Source of the DNA: a virus
DNA length: 64,000 bases
Reading direction: 5' to 3' (one strand)
Virus record (IMG/VR): IMGVR_UViG_3300027782_000035
Below the pieces are notes generated by a model that did not search any database, was not told the origin of the DNA, and was given only the letters and a program-made list of their open reading frames with translations. The translations under genes and the position numbers were made by a program. How positions within the stretch are numbered: position 1 is the stretch's first letter; the number at the start of each line of letters is the position of its first letter. Of the stretch, positions 1 through 11,600 are shown in pieces.

Positions 1-3000
1 ACAGGTGATGAAAACTTAAATGTAGTTGCAACAATAGTAGTATTTCCACCAGCATCTGTTGTACTCAAGTTAACATCAGTCGCTTTCATTTCCACTCTAG
101 AGAATGGTAACACTTTTGCACCAGGATATCCATTAACAACTTCTCGAATTTCTATACGGCATGGAATCTTAAGATTAGGATCTCTTGCTGCAAAGAATAA
201 ATCAACAGATGTTAAGAATGCGCCGTTTTCTTGCTGAACTAAGAATGTTTGCGCGAGTGGATCAAACCATCCAGTATCGCGAGTTAATCTTTCGTTTGTC
301 GTAACGATAGTTTGTTCATCTGAAACTTGTTGAGAAACAACATCAGCAGTTCTTGTGGAAATGATTGTTCTTTGCATAATCTCTACAAGACCATTAGCTT
401 GATACATTGTAGAGCCATTTGTAGATTCAGTTGCTGCGCGTCCTGCGGCATCAGTAGATGGACTGTCAGAGAATCTTAATTCACGTGTACCGGTTCTAAA
501 CTTTAAAATAGGATTACTTGGAATCTTAAATATGCCAAGAACTTGTCCAGTGTACGTACTAATTATGCCAGCACCTGGAGCATCCATTTGTACAAATTTT
601 ACACGAGGAATTTCTCCAGCACCGGTATACTCTCCTCTTAATTCTGCATTTTCTGCTTTTGAGAATTGATTATCAGTGCCTTTGATATTTAATACGTAAA
701 TGTAGTATTCGCCTTTGAACAATTCCTGTCCGACTACAATTGCGCTTTTTCCTGTTGCAATATTGCCTACATATTCTTTAATAACTTCGCCGTGGTTGAA
801 TGCAACTTCTACTTCTGAAGTCATGTTATTAGGTTTAATAACTTTAATAGAAATATTTGCGCTACTGGCTGTTACGCCAGTGTAATTAGTCTTTAATGTT
901 AGTGTAACGCCGCTAGTAACGCCGCTATTGCTAACAGACAATACTTCATAGCGCTGTGCTGCATCAACTACAATCGTGTCTCCAGCAGATATCTGAGTAT
1001 TAAACGATGTTCCAAGACCTTGTACAGTCGCACTTCCATTTGTAAATGTCACAGTTCCAGTCACTGGAATTCCATCAGAATAATATACTGTACGTTCTGC
1101 GTTACTTACTGCAGATCCAGCATTTCTTTCAGTGTCAAATCTAAGAGGATAGTATGTAGTAGGTGCGGCTTTAATTATAGGAGTAATTTTAATTCTAGTG
1201 CACGATTCTATGTAAGAATCTACTGGAATATTATCAAAGAACGCATACATCTTAGTCTCTGGCTTAAATCCAAATCCAGTGAATAATACTGAACGTGGTC
1301 GAATGTATGGTACTATTTGCGTTTCTACAACACGATCGTCTGCTACTCTCGAATCAACTTTATCGACAATGAAAGAGCGTGTTCCAGCGCGAGAGCTTTT
1401 TGTTTCTACTGCAGAAGTTTCAAGTGTAATTACGCGAGAACCAGCAACAGAATTTGCTTGGTCGCTCCAAACATTACGATCTGTATTTCCAATAAAATCT
1501 AATTCTTCTGCAGTGAATGTGCTACGACTTCTCCAGAATGTGCCTCCATTATTCGCACTACTTAAGATAGTCGTATCCGCCTGTGACCATGCGCCAAGAT
1601 TTTGTAATCTTGTTGCAAGTGATTTAGTTGAAGAGAAATTAACTTGCCAATTATTCCATACAGTACCTAATATTCCATCTGCTTCAGCTTTAGCCACAAT
1701 TGCGTTATATTGCCCTTCGTCATTAATTATAATATCTGGACGATGATGAGTGGAGAACCAAGTGTCAGACCAAGGATTAATAGATAGGATTCCCCTATAA
1801 GAATGCAGATTATAAGGATTTACAAATTCTGTAGTAGTAACTGCTCTCTGTTCTATTAGAACTTCTTCAGTATATGGAAGTGTTACTAAGTCTCCAGAAA
1901 CTTTATAACTTCTATCAACTGCTGAAACGTTTTCAAGCAGCGTCACTTGTTTTTGAGAGAAGAATGGTCTTAGTTCTTTGTTTTTAGAATCTATAGATGC
2001 GTTCCAATCATCAGATGACGCATTTCCAACACCTTGACCATCAAAAGAATCTACTAAGAAACCATTCTGATAGCGATCTAATCCACTAGAATCTACTATT
2101 CGCATATTCTTAGTTTCTAGTTCAGTTAAGCTTAATGCTGTATAATATTCTAGATCTTGTATTCTACGCTCTAGCTTACCAATGTCGCGCATCGTATAGC
2201 GTTTGTTTTCAGCTCTGTCAATTACTACGCCAGGCTTCTGACCATTTGTAAATGTATATGGTTCGTAAGTAATTCTAGCTAACTTCATACAATCATTTGG
2301 CACACGCGCACCAGATGAAGTACCTGGAATACCTCTTGATATAATATAATTTCCAGTACTACTCAATGAAATATCATCTATTCTAGATAGATAATTGTTA
2401 TAACTAAATGAGCCTGTACTACCATATTTTGGTAGATACTGTTCAGTGAATGTCGGTGTAGAACCAGACTGATATGGTCTAAAGTCAATAGAATCTCTCA
2501 GTGGTTGACCAGATACTGATAGGATCTGGTCATATGTCATATTAGACGCAGAGTGCGTATAAGTTCCAACTGCGTTAAATGATGATTTAGTACTTGAAGT
2601 TTTGTTTACATATTCATATTTTATTTGGATAGGACCAGCAGGTACTGTGGCTGAAGGATCTAATGTGAGCGTGCAAGATGCAAGATGAGTATCACGCTGA
2701 CCTGCGTCAAATAGATATCTGTTAGTGATATCAGTAGTATAAGTAGGACTTGCTGTGCCCCAAGCTTGACTAGACATTCTTACAGAAACTATTCTTGAAA
2801 CATATGACTGTTCAAGTGTGATTACATTAGCTTGAGCATCAATTTGTGTATTAATAGATTGCGTAGCATCTGTAATTGCACGAGTGTGTTGAATATTACT
2901 AGTGCCAACTCTTTTCATAGTTGCTAATACTTTATACGGTGTATTAGCAGCTAGTCCACCACTAATAGTTAATGTAGTACTAGTTGTAGCAATAGTCGTA

Positions 3001-5264
3001 GGAGTAACTATAGCGCCAGTTCCACTGTTTATAACGATATAGTTATCGTCATCTAATCCACTTTCAAATGTCATTCCGCCGAACGCAGTGTTATTATACG
3101 ATAAAGTTGGAGTAGCACCTGCTGTTGAATTTTGTTGTGGAAGCTGTACAACTACAATGTATTCAGCAGATGAAATCTCAGATACTGCATAATCAGGCAG
3201 TTTATAGATTAATGACGATTGCGAAGGATTATTAAGTACAGCTATTCCGGAATCTAAAATGATATCGGCTTTAAATTCAGTCGAGTTATTTGTAGCAATA
3301 GACTTAATTTCCGCGAATGAAAATCCTGCATTCATCGAAATATCGAATAGGAATGTCTTATAGTTAGTGTTACTTGAAAGATGTTTTTCAAATGCTCTGA
3401 CTCTAGCAGTGCCTACGCCAGTACCAGTTATTGTATATGTTAAACCAGTAGGTGTACCTGCAGCAGTTGTTACAGCGGTTCCACTAAGAGTTCCAATTCT
3501 GAATGTAGTTGAACCATTTGTTTCAATGATCACATACTGTGTTCCAGTTCCATTTGTGTACCCAGTAATAGGTGTTCCTGTTGGAGTTCCGGTTATAGTA
3601 ATTCTTTGTCCAATATATAAAGCTAGTCCAGAAGCACATGAAAACTGACCACTTGTTCCAGTTATTGCTACTGTTGCTAATGTTCCTCCATAATGGGAAA
3701 GAGCTTTAGTGACATAATGTAGATTTGTTCGTCCAAATGTGACTATATCTGGTAAGTATGCAGTATTATTAACTACTACATATGAACCCATAGACATATC
3801 AAATGTGGCAGTCTTTGTAGAAGAAATTGAATCTACTACAGCAGGAACAGTCGTAACAGCGTCAGTGCTACTAGCTAAACCGAGATATTTAGCTAAAGCA
3901 TTAGATCCTTGAGGAACATTTCTAGACTTATATGCATTTAAAAATTGTGTAGCTAGTTTTTCTATTTCGTAACCGCGAACATACGCTTTACCAGCTTCAA
4001 CGCCATGTGTAACCATTCCATTTAGATGTATATGATCATTTAAAGTAAAATTAGCATATTCGGAACTACCGGAAGTAAATGTTACTAAACCCTGATTAAA
4101 GTTTGGATAACGAGAATATTCCCATCTAACGCCATTATCATCTACATAATCTGCTGATCCATTTACGGCAGATGTAAAAGCAGTTGAAGGTCTAGTGTTG
4201 CCAGTCACTCCAGACTTTACAGCAACAAAATACCAAAATCCTAAACCGCCATCAGAAATTTTGATAAGATCGCCTTGAATAAACTTTTCTCCAGCAGCCC
4301 AATCTCCTCTGAGATTGTTTCTATATTCTTTAGCTTGAATATTGAATGGATCTAGTGCATAGTCTCCAGATTCATCATACGTTCTACGTGCAAGAGTTTT
4401 TTCAATCTCGGCATAATTTGTTCTATCGATCTTAAATATAACATTGCCATTTTGCAATCTTAATAGATCGATAAACTCTGTAGAAGTCTCTGAAGTTAAT
4501 GAAAGTTTTGTTAGGACTAAATCTACATAATGACGAGCTGCACCAGGCGCAGCGTAATTTGGAGATCCTAAAGCGTTGTCAAGAAGTTGTTCGTTGTCTT
4601 CTGGATAAATAACGCTTTCGTTAAATTGTAATCCAACTCTATAAGATGGACTATTCGTGTATTTGTCTAAAATAACAGTTTGTTCAGTTACAAGTACAAA
4701 CTTTTTCTTAATATAGTATATGCCGCGTTGAATCGTTGCAGCACATCCCTTTCCTATAGGAACAACAGTAGTTGCCGTTTCACCCGCAACAGTGACAGCT
4801 AATTCTGGATTTCCAGTAGGAGCAAGAGATTCTGCAACATCAAATGTGCTAATGTTATTTCCAGTAGCAGGATCTTGTACTGAATTAAGATACTTAACAA
4901 AAATAGTGGCAGGATCATCACCTTCTGGTAATGTATAATTCATTACTATTGCGCTAAGACCGGATGCGTTCTTAATCTCTAGTCCTACTAACTTACTTAA
5001 AATGGATTCTACGTTAGCGCCAGCAGAGAATGTTAGTGCAACATAATTATAATTCAAGTCATAAGCAATCTGGCCTGGGATAACCATAGCACCTTCTTTG
5101 AAGATGTGATCACCATGACGACGAATTTGCTCTTGAAGAATTGTTTGAAGCTGTGTTAGCTCTCGCGCCTGTACGGCATAACCAGGTCGAAAAAGAATTT
5201 TATGATATTTGTCATCTTCGGAATAATCGTCGAAGAATGGTTCAATAGAAAAGTCTAGTGCCAT
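1..5264 (-). CDS. VrlC/DUF4815-family large virion structural protein (runs off left edge)
   Basis: Absent from the ORF track because it is truncated. Manual translation from ATG at 5264 gives MALDFSIEPFFDDYSEDDKYHKILFRPGYAVQARELTQLQTILQEQI...; a later WFDPLAQTFLV motif is typical of T4-like VrlC proteins. Confidence 0.85.
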   Translation of the reverse strand, partial: MALDFSIEPFFDDYSEDDKYHKILFRPGYAVQARELTQLQTILQEQIRRHGDHIFKEGAMVIPGQIAYDLNYNYVALTFSAGANVESILSKLVGLEIKNASGLSAIVMNYTLPEGDDPATIFVKYLNSVQDPATGNNISTFDVAESLAPTGNPELAVTVAGETATTVVPIGKGCAATIQRGIYYIKKKFVLVTEQTVILDKYTNSPSYRVGLQFNESVIYPEDNEQLLDNALGSPNYAAPGAARHYVDLVLTKLSLTSETSTEFIDLLRLQNGNVIFKIDRTNYAEIEKTLARRTYDESGDYALDPFNIQAKEYRNNLRGDWAAGEKFIQGDLIKISDGGLGFWYFVAVKSGVTGNTRPSTAFTSAVNGSADYVDDNGVRWEYSRYPNFNQGLVTFTSGSSEYANFTLNDHIHLNGMVTHGVEAGKAYVRGYEIEKLATQFLNAYKSRNVPQGSNALAKYLGLASSTDAVTTVPAVVDSISSTKTATFDMSMGSYVVVNNTAYLPDIVTFGRTNLHYVTKALSHYGGTLATVAITGTSGQFSCASGLALYIGQRITITGTPTGTPITGYTNGTGTQYVIIETNGSTTFRIGTLSGTAVTTAAGTPTGLTYTITGTGVGTARVRAFEKHLSSNTNYKTFLFDISMNAGFSFAEIKSIATNNSTEFKADIILDSGIAVLNNPSQSSLIYKLPDYAVSEISSAEYIVVVQLPQQNSTAGATPTLSYNNTAFGGMTFESGLDDDNYIVINSGTGAIVTPTTIATTSTTLTISGGLAANTPYKVLATMKRVGTSNIQHTRAITDATQSINTQIDAQANVITLEQSYVSRIVSVRMSSQAWGTASPTYTTDITNRYLFDAGQRDTHLASCTLTLDPSATVPAGPIQIKYEYVNKTSSTKSSFNAVGTYTHSASNMTYDQILSVSGQPLRDSIDFRPYQSGSTPTFTEQYLPKYGSTGSFSYNNYLSRIDDISLSSTGNYIISRGIPGTSSGARVPNDCMKLARITYEPYTFTNGQKPGVVIDRAENKRYTMRDIGKLERRIQDLEYYTALSLTELETKNMRIVDSSGLDRYQNGFLVDSFDGQGVGNASSDDWNASIDSKNKELRPFFSQKQVTLLENVSAVDRSYKVSGDLVTLPYTEEVLIEQRAVTTTEFVNPYNLHSYRGILSINPWSDTWFSTHHRPDIIINDEGQYNAIVAKAEADGILGTVWNNWQVNFSSTKSLATRLQNLGAWSQADTTILSSANNGGTFWRSRSTFTAEELDFIGNTDRNVWSDQANSVAGSRVITLETSAVETKSSRAGTRSFIVDKVDSRVADDRVVETQIVPYIRPRSVLFTGFGFKPETKMYAFFDNIPVDSYIESCTRIKITPIIKAAPTTYYPLRFDTERNAGSAVSNAERTVYYSDGIPVTGTVTFTNGSATVQGLGTSFNTQISAGDTIVVDAAQRYEVLSVSNSGVTSGVTLTLKTNYTGVTASSANISIKVIKPNNMTSEVEVAFNHGEVIKEYVGNIATGKSAIVVGQELFKGEYYIYVLNIKGTDNQFSKAENAELRGEYTGAGEIPRVKFVQMDAPGAGIISTYTGQVLGIFKIPSNPILKFRTGTRELRFSDSPSTDAAGRAATESTNGSTMYQANGLVEIMQRTIISTRTADVVSQQVSDEQTIVTTNERLTRDTGWFDPLAQTFLVQQENGAFLTSVDLFFAARDPNLKIPCRIEIREVVNGYPGAKVLPFSRVEMKATDVNLSTTDAGGNTTIVATTFKFSSP

Positions 5265-5276
5265 GTTTTTTTTCTC

Positions 5277-8144
5277 TTAAAAGCTAATTAGCGTTGATGC
5301 TACGAGTGTCTGTTCTGCTGATGAAGTAAACTTAGATCTGTTATCAATGTATACCAATTCCCCAGAATACTTGTTGAAATCAGGTTTGTTTATTGATGAT
5401 ATGGAGATACTATAACTATTACTTCCCGATATTTTATACACAGAATCACCAGTTGAAGGTAGATAGTTATCGTTTAACATCACTAACAAATAGTATTTAT
5501 CATCAATCTGAGACTTCTCAATGAGAGTAAATTGTTTAATTGATCCGGAAATAGAATAATAGAGCGTATCATCTAATGACAATTGCGAATACGTAGTAGT
5601 ATTAAGTGTATTTACATCACACGTAAATACGGCGCAAGGAGATCCAACTGCATTTCTATAAGAAGAATCTTCTGCAAAGATCTTTGGGTCTTTTAGAATA
5701 GTAATTTGACGATAATCGTTAGTAACATCAACACCTTTGTTTGTTTCTTTTGCAATCTTAGTCACAAACATAATTGTACTAGAATATAATTCTGACACTG
5801 CGTCTTTACCATGACCGCCTGGAGGAGAGATGATTGGTCTTAGTTGTGCTCCAGAACCTCCACCTCCACTTATACTTATTGATGCTATTGTATAACCAGA
5901 TCCTGCATTAGTTACGTTTATAGATACGATTTTACCGTTCGATATAACTGGAACTGCAGTACATCCACTACCATTTCCATTAATAGTTAGTACAGTATTA
6001 GAATCATAACCGTTTCCGCCATTTTCCACCTTAATTACATATATGGCGCCATCGACTGCTAATAATTCTACGTTAGACTGTTTAGTATCTAAATCGCCAA
6101 CACCAAACCCAAGTAAAATTGATGCTTTACTAAATCCAGAAACATATCCTTGATCATTACTAGGACTTCCGACTAAATCTGTATAGGGATTTTCAAGGTT
6201 TCCTTCTATTCTCTTTTTGCCAATAACTTCTATTTGCGCAAACGTATAACCAATCCCAGGTTTTGTAACAACATATCCACCGATTTCTCCTGCAGAAGTA
6301 AGAAGAGGAATTATCTCAGCTTCATTCTTCTGAGTAGAAGCGTTTAAGTTACAGGTAAATCCACTAGATGCTCCGCTACCATTATCCATAAGGGGCCCGG
6401 CAACAACGTTAGTTCCACTAGATCCTAATGTATTACCAAATATAAGAGGGAATGAGTAACCATAACCACCATCATTTACTGTTAAAGTGTCTACTTCGTA
6501 CGCTGTAATTCTATTAAAGGTTAATCCAGTAAATGTCCTAGCTGCAATAGTGTCAGTAGCAATTGCGCTTCCATCTATATTTGCAAGAGTAAATGTTGTA
6601 GAACCATTTGTCACAGTAATTTTATAAGTTTTTGGAGTCGTATATCCTGTTATAGATCCGGTTCCCGTATTAGTTCCGCTTATTACAACTTCTTGATTTA
6701 TCGCGAGAGATGTTGCAGTACAAGAGAATTGGCCCGTGCCAACAGTGCCAGCCGTCACGACTCCCGCTATTCCCATAGTCGTTTTTGTTCTAAACGCAGT
6801 ACTCACTGATGGGAATTTTCCGTATGGAAGATCTGGCGATGGCCATGTAAATAGATCACCGGCAGGTTTATTAATAAATGTTCCTCGATTAATTAAAGTT
6901 ATTGTCTTCAAGGAATATGGATTCTCTTCGTTGTAACCATCGCCAGTAACTTTAAGTTGCGTATACGCAGTGCTATATGTAACGTTATCATAATTTATAA
7001 TATATTCAAAACCACTACCTGCATTTTCAGCTGTATATGCTAATGTTGGAATTGGTTGACTTTCATATCCAGTTCCTGGATTTGTAATTATAACTTGATT
7101 TACAGCGCCGCTTGCTGTATATACTTGTGCAGTAGCACGAGTTCCACTATTTGGAGCAGGAAATGTTAGAGTAACACGCGGAATATAAAATTGAAGTCCA
7201 GTTAACGATGCCCCATTGCTAGTAACTATTGCAGCACCTGCCGATGTTGTTAACGTAAATGTTGTAGAACCGTTAGTAGCACTAATCTTATATGTAGTTC
7301 CATTTGTGTACCCATTAATAGGTGTTCCTGTTGGAGTTCCGGTTATAATAACTTGTTGATTCATTGCAAGAGATGTTGCAGCACAAGAAAATTGACCCGC
7401 GGTATTCGTTACAGATACGCTTGAAAGAATACTATCAGGGAATCCTACACCAGGAGTTTTAACAATGATATTTTTAATGCTCCACGTATTTGCAATGTAT
7501 CCTTTTCCTTTATTAGCAATAGATACAGTTTTAATCGCGCCACGTGAATAAAACTGATTTGTTAATGCCGTGGTTACGGGCATATGCGTTTTAGTTAAAA
7601 ATTTATTTCTTAACGAAAGAGGGATAGTATACATGAATTGCCATATATATCCATCATTCAATTCTATAGGCTCCACTGATGTGCCGGTTGGCATATGAGC
7701 TGAACCAACATTATTGTTATTATACAAACACTTGTATACGTTGAACTCAGTCGTTAAGACATAAAACTTTGCTTGATCTAAAGATGTAGCACCATTGTAC
7801 GATATGTTATCAGATGAATAATCGTCATACATATCGTACGTAAAACCAATGGACCAATTAATCCTATCAACAACAATGGCAACGTCGTTAGAATCAATAA
7901 GTTTAGCATATGTCATATTCTTGCGCGTTTCAAGTTCATACGGATATGAATCTGCAGGCGCAGGTGGAGAATCCTCGCTTGAAACAACGTACGTCTGATT
8001 ATTAGGATCAGTCGCAGTTACAGTTGGCCAAGGTTGAGGTCTTCCAAAAACATAGTAAAACCTAGATACTCGAGAAATAACCTCGAGAAATAATGATTTA
8101 GCGATATTAGTTTTTAATGAAAACTTTAATAGATTCGTTGCCAT
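5277..8144 (-). CDS. gp8: baseplate wedge subunit gp8-like with inserted beta-rich domains
   Basis: YDMYDD..FYVLTTEFNVYKCLYNN..DGYIWQFMY and PPGGHGKDAVSEL motifs; YSGELVYIDNR at C-terminus. Confidence 0.85.
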   Translation of the reverse strand: MATNLLKFSLKTNIAKSLFLEVISRVSRFYYVFGRPQPWPTVTATDPNNQTYVVSSEDSPPAPADSYPYELETRKNMTYAKLIDSNDVAIVVDRINWSIGFTYDMYDDYSSDNISYNGATSLDQAKFYVLTTEFNVYKCLYNNNNVGSAHMPTGTSVEPIELNDGYIWQFMYTIPLSLRNKFLTKTHMPVTTALTNQFYSRGAIKTVSIANKGKGYIANTWSIKNIIVKTPGVGFPDSILSSVSVTNTAGQFSCAATSLAMNQQVIITGTPTGTPINGYTNGTTYKISATNGSTTFTLTTSAGAAIVTSNGASLTGLQFYIPRVTLTFPAPNSGTRATAQVYTASGAVNQVIITNPGTGYESQPIPTLAYTAENAGSGFEYIINYDNVTYSTAYTQLKVTGDGYNEENPYSLKTITLINRGTFINKPAGDLFTWPSPDLPYGKFPSVSTAFRTKTTMGIAGVVTAGTVGTGQFSCTATSLAINQEVVISGTNTGTGSITGYTTPKTYKITVTNGSTTFTLANIDGSAIATDTIAARTFTGLTFNRITAYEVDTLTVNDGGYGYSFPLIFGNTLGSSGTNVVAGPLMDNGSGASSGFTCNLNASTQKNEAEIIPLLTSAGEIGGYVVTKPGIGYTFAQIEVIGKKRIEGNLENPYTDLVGSPSNDQGYVSGFSKASILLGFGVGDLDTKQSNVELLAVDGAIYVIKVENGGNGYDSNTVLTINGNGSGCTAVPVISNGKIVSINVTNAGSGYTIASISISGGGGSGAQLRPIISPPGGHGKDAVSELYSSTIMFVTKIAKETNKGVDVTNDYRQITILKDPKIFAEDSSYRNAVGSPCAVFTCDVNTLNTTTYSQLSLDDTLYYSISGSIKQFTLIEKSQIDDKYYLLVMLNDNYLPSTGDSVYKISGSNSYSISISSINKPDFNKYSGELVYIDNRSKFTSSAEQTLVASTLISF

Positions 8145-8153
8145 TTAATTTAA

Positions 8154-8639
8154 TTAGCTAATTGTGATTGTCCAATTGATAGTCAATGCATCAGCAGCAG
8201 CTTTGGTAACTACGCTGAACACTGTACGGCAAAGCATGGTTCCATTAGTAACAGCTGTAAAAATACCAGCTTCTGTTAAAGCAACAGGGACCGTAGGAAT
8301 ATTTGCTGCGAATGTGGTAGAATATTTAACAGTCTTAGATGTTGCAACATCAGTGCCGGTGGTTTGACGAGCATAACCGTTACCAGACACTTCAGTACCA
8401 AGAGTTGAATCGCCTCCAACGCCTGAATTGACTGCGGTAGCGCCAGTACCAACGCCCATATGGGTCATAGAACCAGTTGGACTTGACGCGAATCTAGTAG
8501 CGATCCACGCTTTTCCACCATCAACAATAGTATTAGAGAAGTATTTTTCTTCTTTAATTTTGCCATTTGCATCAACTAGAATAATACCGACCGTGCCTTG
8601 AAGCTGCAGCGAATCTTTGTATTTTGGAATTAAAATCAT
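8154..8639 (-). CDS. putative virion structural protein (tail-collar-like)
   Basis: 161 aa; THMGVGTG..LTEAGIF..LTINWTITIS pattern; lies in baseplate operon. Confidence 0.55.
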   Translation of the reverse strand: MILIPKYKDSLQLQGTVGIILVDANGKIKEEKYFSNTIVDGGKAWIATRFASSPTGSMTHMGVGTGATAVNSGVGGDSTLGTEVSGNGYARQTTGTDVATSKTVKYSTTFAANIPTVPVALTEAGIFTAVTNGTMLCRTVFSVVTKAAADALTINWTITIS

Positions 8640-8677
8640 TTGAGTTTCTCCTATTAGGAATTAAAAGTTTGTAGACG

Positions 8678-11600
8678 TTAGTCTAGTAAAGATCCAGGGC
8701 TGAGCAAATCTGTAGCAACACCGTACTCCTCTGCTGCATATGGATTTGCAACTATTGCACCTGCCATAGTTATATTTATTGCTTCTGTAAGACCCTTAAC
8801 TGAATTCATAACAATTGGGTCTGTCAGAGCAACGGTTTCGCTCATATTAGAGCTGTATGTCAGGACCAAGCCGCCGTTATCCGAAGACGTAGCACCTGAC
8901 GTGAATGGTTTTGAAAGAGTATTAGATAATTTTGACGTCGTTAACACTGGCATCAAAGTCATGTAATCGAGTAGAGTCCAGGTTTCAATAAACAATGGAA
9001 ATGCACTAGCCGATCCATATTTGCCATCAAACGTATTGCCGCGGCCTTGAGCTAATGCATTTGTCTGAAGCTGAAGCGATGTCATTCTATAAACTTGTCC
9101 ATTGCTGGGTGCAGTACCTACCGGTAGGTTACCATTTGCGCGATCGAACGTGAATTGTGCAGAACATGTAACAGTTTTAGCTACTACATCTATAGCAGTT
9201 ATCTTCCATCCATATCCATTTAGAATATAATAATAACTAGTAACGTCATATGAAGTATCTCCGTCTTCGCTTACTAAATCTCCTCCGGTAAATCCACTAC
9301 ACCATAAGTAATCTCCAACTGCTGCATTCAAGTTTGTAACATCACTCGAATTTGCAAAGGTGAACGTGCGTGTTCCAAAACTGTCTGAAGGATGCGTATA
9401 ATACCTGCTCACACCGCCTAAAGCATCTCCAGCAGCAGTTCTAGAAGAAGTCATCGATACGGTGTATGTTGCACTCTTAGGTTTGTAAGCAGTTACAATA
9501 TTTTCAATAACCTCACTTGCTATGTAATCCAAGGGAAAAGTCTGGCCTGAAAAATTAGTGTAAGTATTACCATTGCTAAATGTTGGAGTGTTTAGAGCAC
9601 CAAGTGGAGTAGAAGAATTTCCAGTAGTAGATTTACGCCTTGGAACATATAGACCATAACCAGTAAAGTCTTGTGTGCTATTTCCGTCAAGTGCTATTAA
9701 GTTACTACTAATATCAGAGAAGAATGATATGTTATCTGCTCGTGTTGCCGGCGTAGTATCGAACCCTGGAGAAAGTACGGTGTCGGTGAGTGGTTTAGTA
9801 GAACTCTTTATCATCGATACGACAGTAGCATTACCATTTACATCATAAATATTACTACCCTGAGCGAACGCAGTATCGCTGAAGTTAGGAGTAATACCTT
9901 TATACGGTGAATCTTCAAATGCTTGTGGGTCATTTATATTCTTTGCTAACGTATTAATGAATCCATTAATATCGCTTGCGCTAAATGCACCTGATGCTTC
10001 AATAGCTCTAGTCAGAGATGCTATAGAACCTAGAGTTATACTTTCATTTGGCATACCAAGAACAAATGACTTTGCTATATCTTCTGAATTATTTAGATTT
10101 ATAGTTTCAGTTAAACCCTTAAGTACATTTCGCACAAGGTCTATGTCCGAGAATAATACGCTGTCGCTTGCATTAATGATAGATTCTTTTATAATATCGG
10201 TGACTTGAGCAGATACGCTTTCTGTGAGTTCTTTAGAAGGAATTAGTGTAGGCGTACTATCAGTTGCCGTAAAGCTAAATGGTCCAAGTCGTAATAATGG
10301 TAAAATGAAGGCGATAGTAGATGCTAAACTTATATCATCGTCTACTCTCTTAATACTAGACATGCTGGATATCGCTGAACTAGAAGTTACAGGACTATCT
10401 TTACCAAGAGCAATACTCTTGGAACTTATACCAGAAGTTGGAGTTGTAAGAGGACTATCTTTACCAAGAGCAATATCCTTGGAACTTATACCAGAAGTTG
10501 GAGTTGTAAGAGGACTATCTTTAGCAAGAGCAATACTCTTGGAACTTATACCAGAAGTTGGAGTTGTAAGAGGAGTAGTTTTATTTAATATTGCGTTTAA
10601 CACTGCTCCAGACAATACTGATGTTACTGGTGATGAAACATTCTTTATCGCTTCTTTAGCAACTTCATCAGCAATAGATTGTGCCAAAGGAACAAACTTT
10701 TCTAGTATTTTACTCGATATACCTGATGTCGATGCAACACTACTCGATTCAATTTTTGTGAGTTCCTTTGCTACTATTTGAGTTACTATGTCTGATACAC
10801 TATGAGATAGATTTTTAATAAACTCTTTTATTATAAGATCATCAAGTGTTTGGGGACTAGTGGGTTGTTTGTAAAAATGCTTTACTATTTCAGTCGTTAA
10901 TGCAGAAGCTACACTAGAAGCAATCTTCTTGAAAAACAGTGAAGCTGCTCCTTGCGAAGAATATACAATGCTAGCGCCAGCTTCTGGAGACACAACCCAA
11001 TCTTGTAATATTTGTGAATACGTAGTCGTATAACTAGAATAAGATTCTCCTCTATCGCTAATACTAAATGTGTCTGCGCCATCGGTTGGCAATTGTAGTA
11101 CAGATTGAACGAGAACAGATCTAGCCGCAACGTTAATGATGTTGGTTATATTATACTCGGCAAATAATTTCATTCCGGCCGGATGTATTAATGCCTTTAC
11201 GATATCTGCGTATTTTCTAAGTTCTTCTTCTACTTTAATAACATAAGAAAATGCCTGATAATACTCTCCATCGTGAATATACATCTCATCAGATATAAAC
11301 CCATCAGATGTAGAATAATAACCTGGATATTTTGCAACTGCACCTAAATCGACTTGAATGATAGCTAAATCTTCTTTTATAGAATTATCGCTCTCATCAT
11401 AAAACGATCCTACAACTTCACCAACGTATGATCCATCTGCGAAAAGACGATCTGATGAATAGCTAGTTGACGCAATAGGAATATTCGTATCATCATAGAA
11501 ATATATCTGACGTGATGCATATCCGTAATTTGCTGTATTATCTAAAGGATCAGTATATGCGGGAGTCCACGTTGGTGTTGGATGATTTAGTCTAGCTGGA

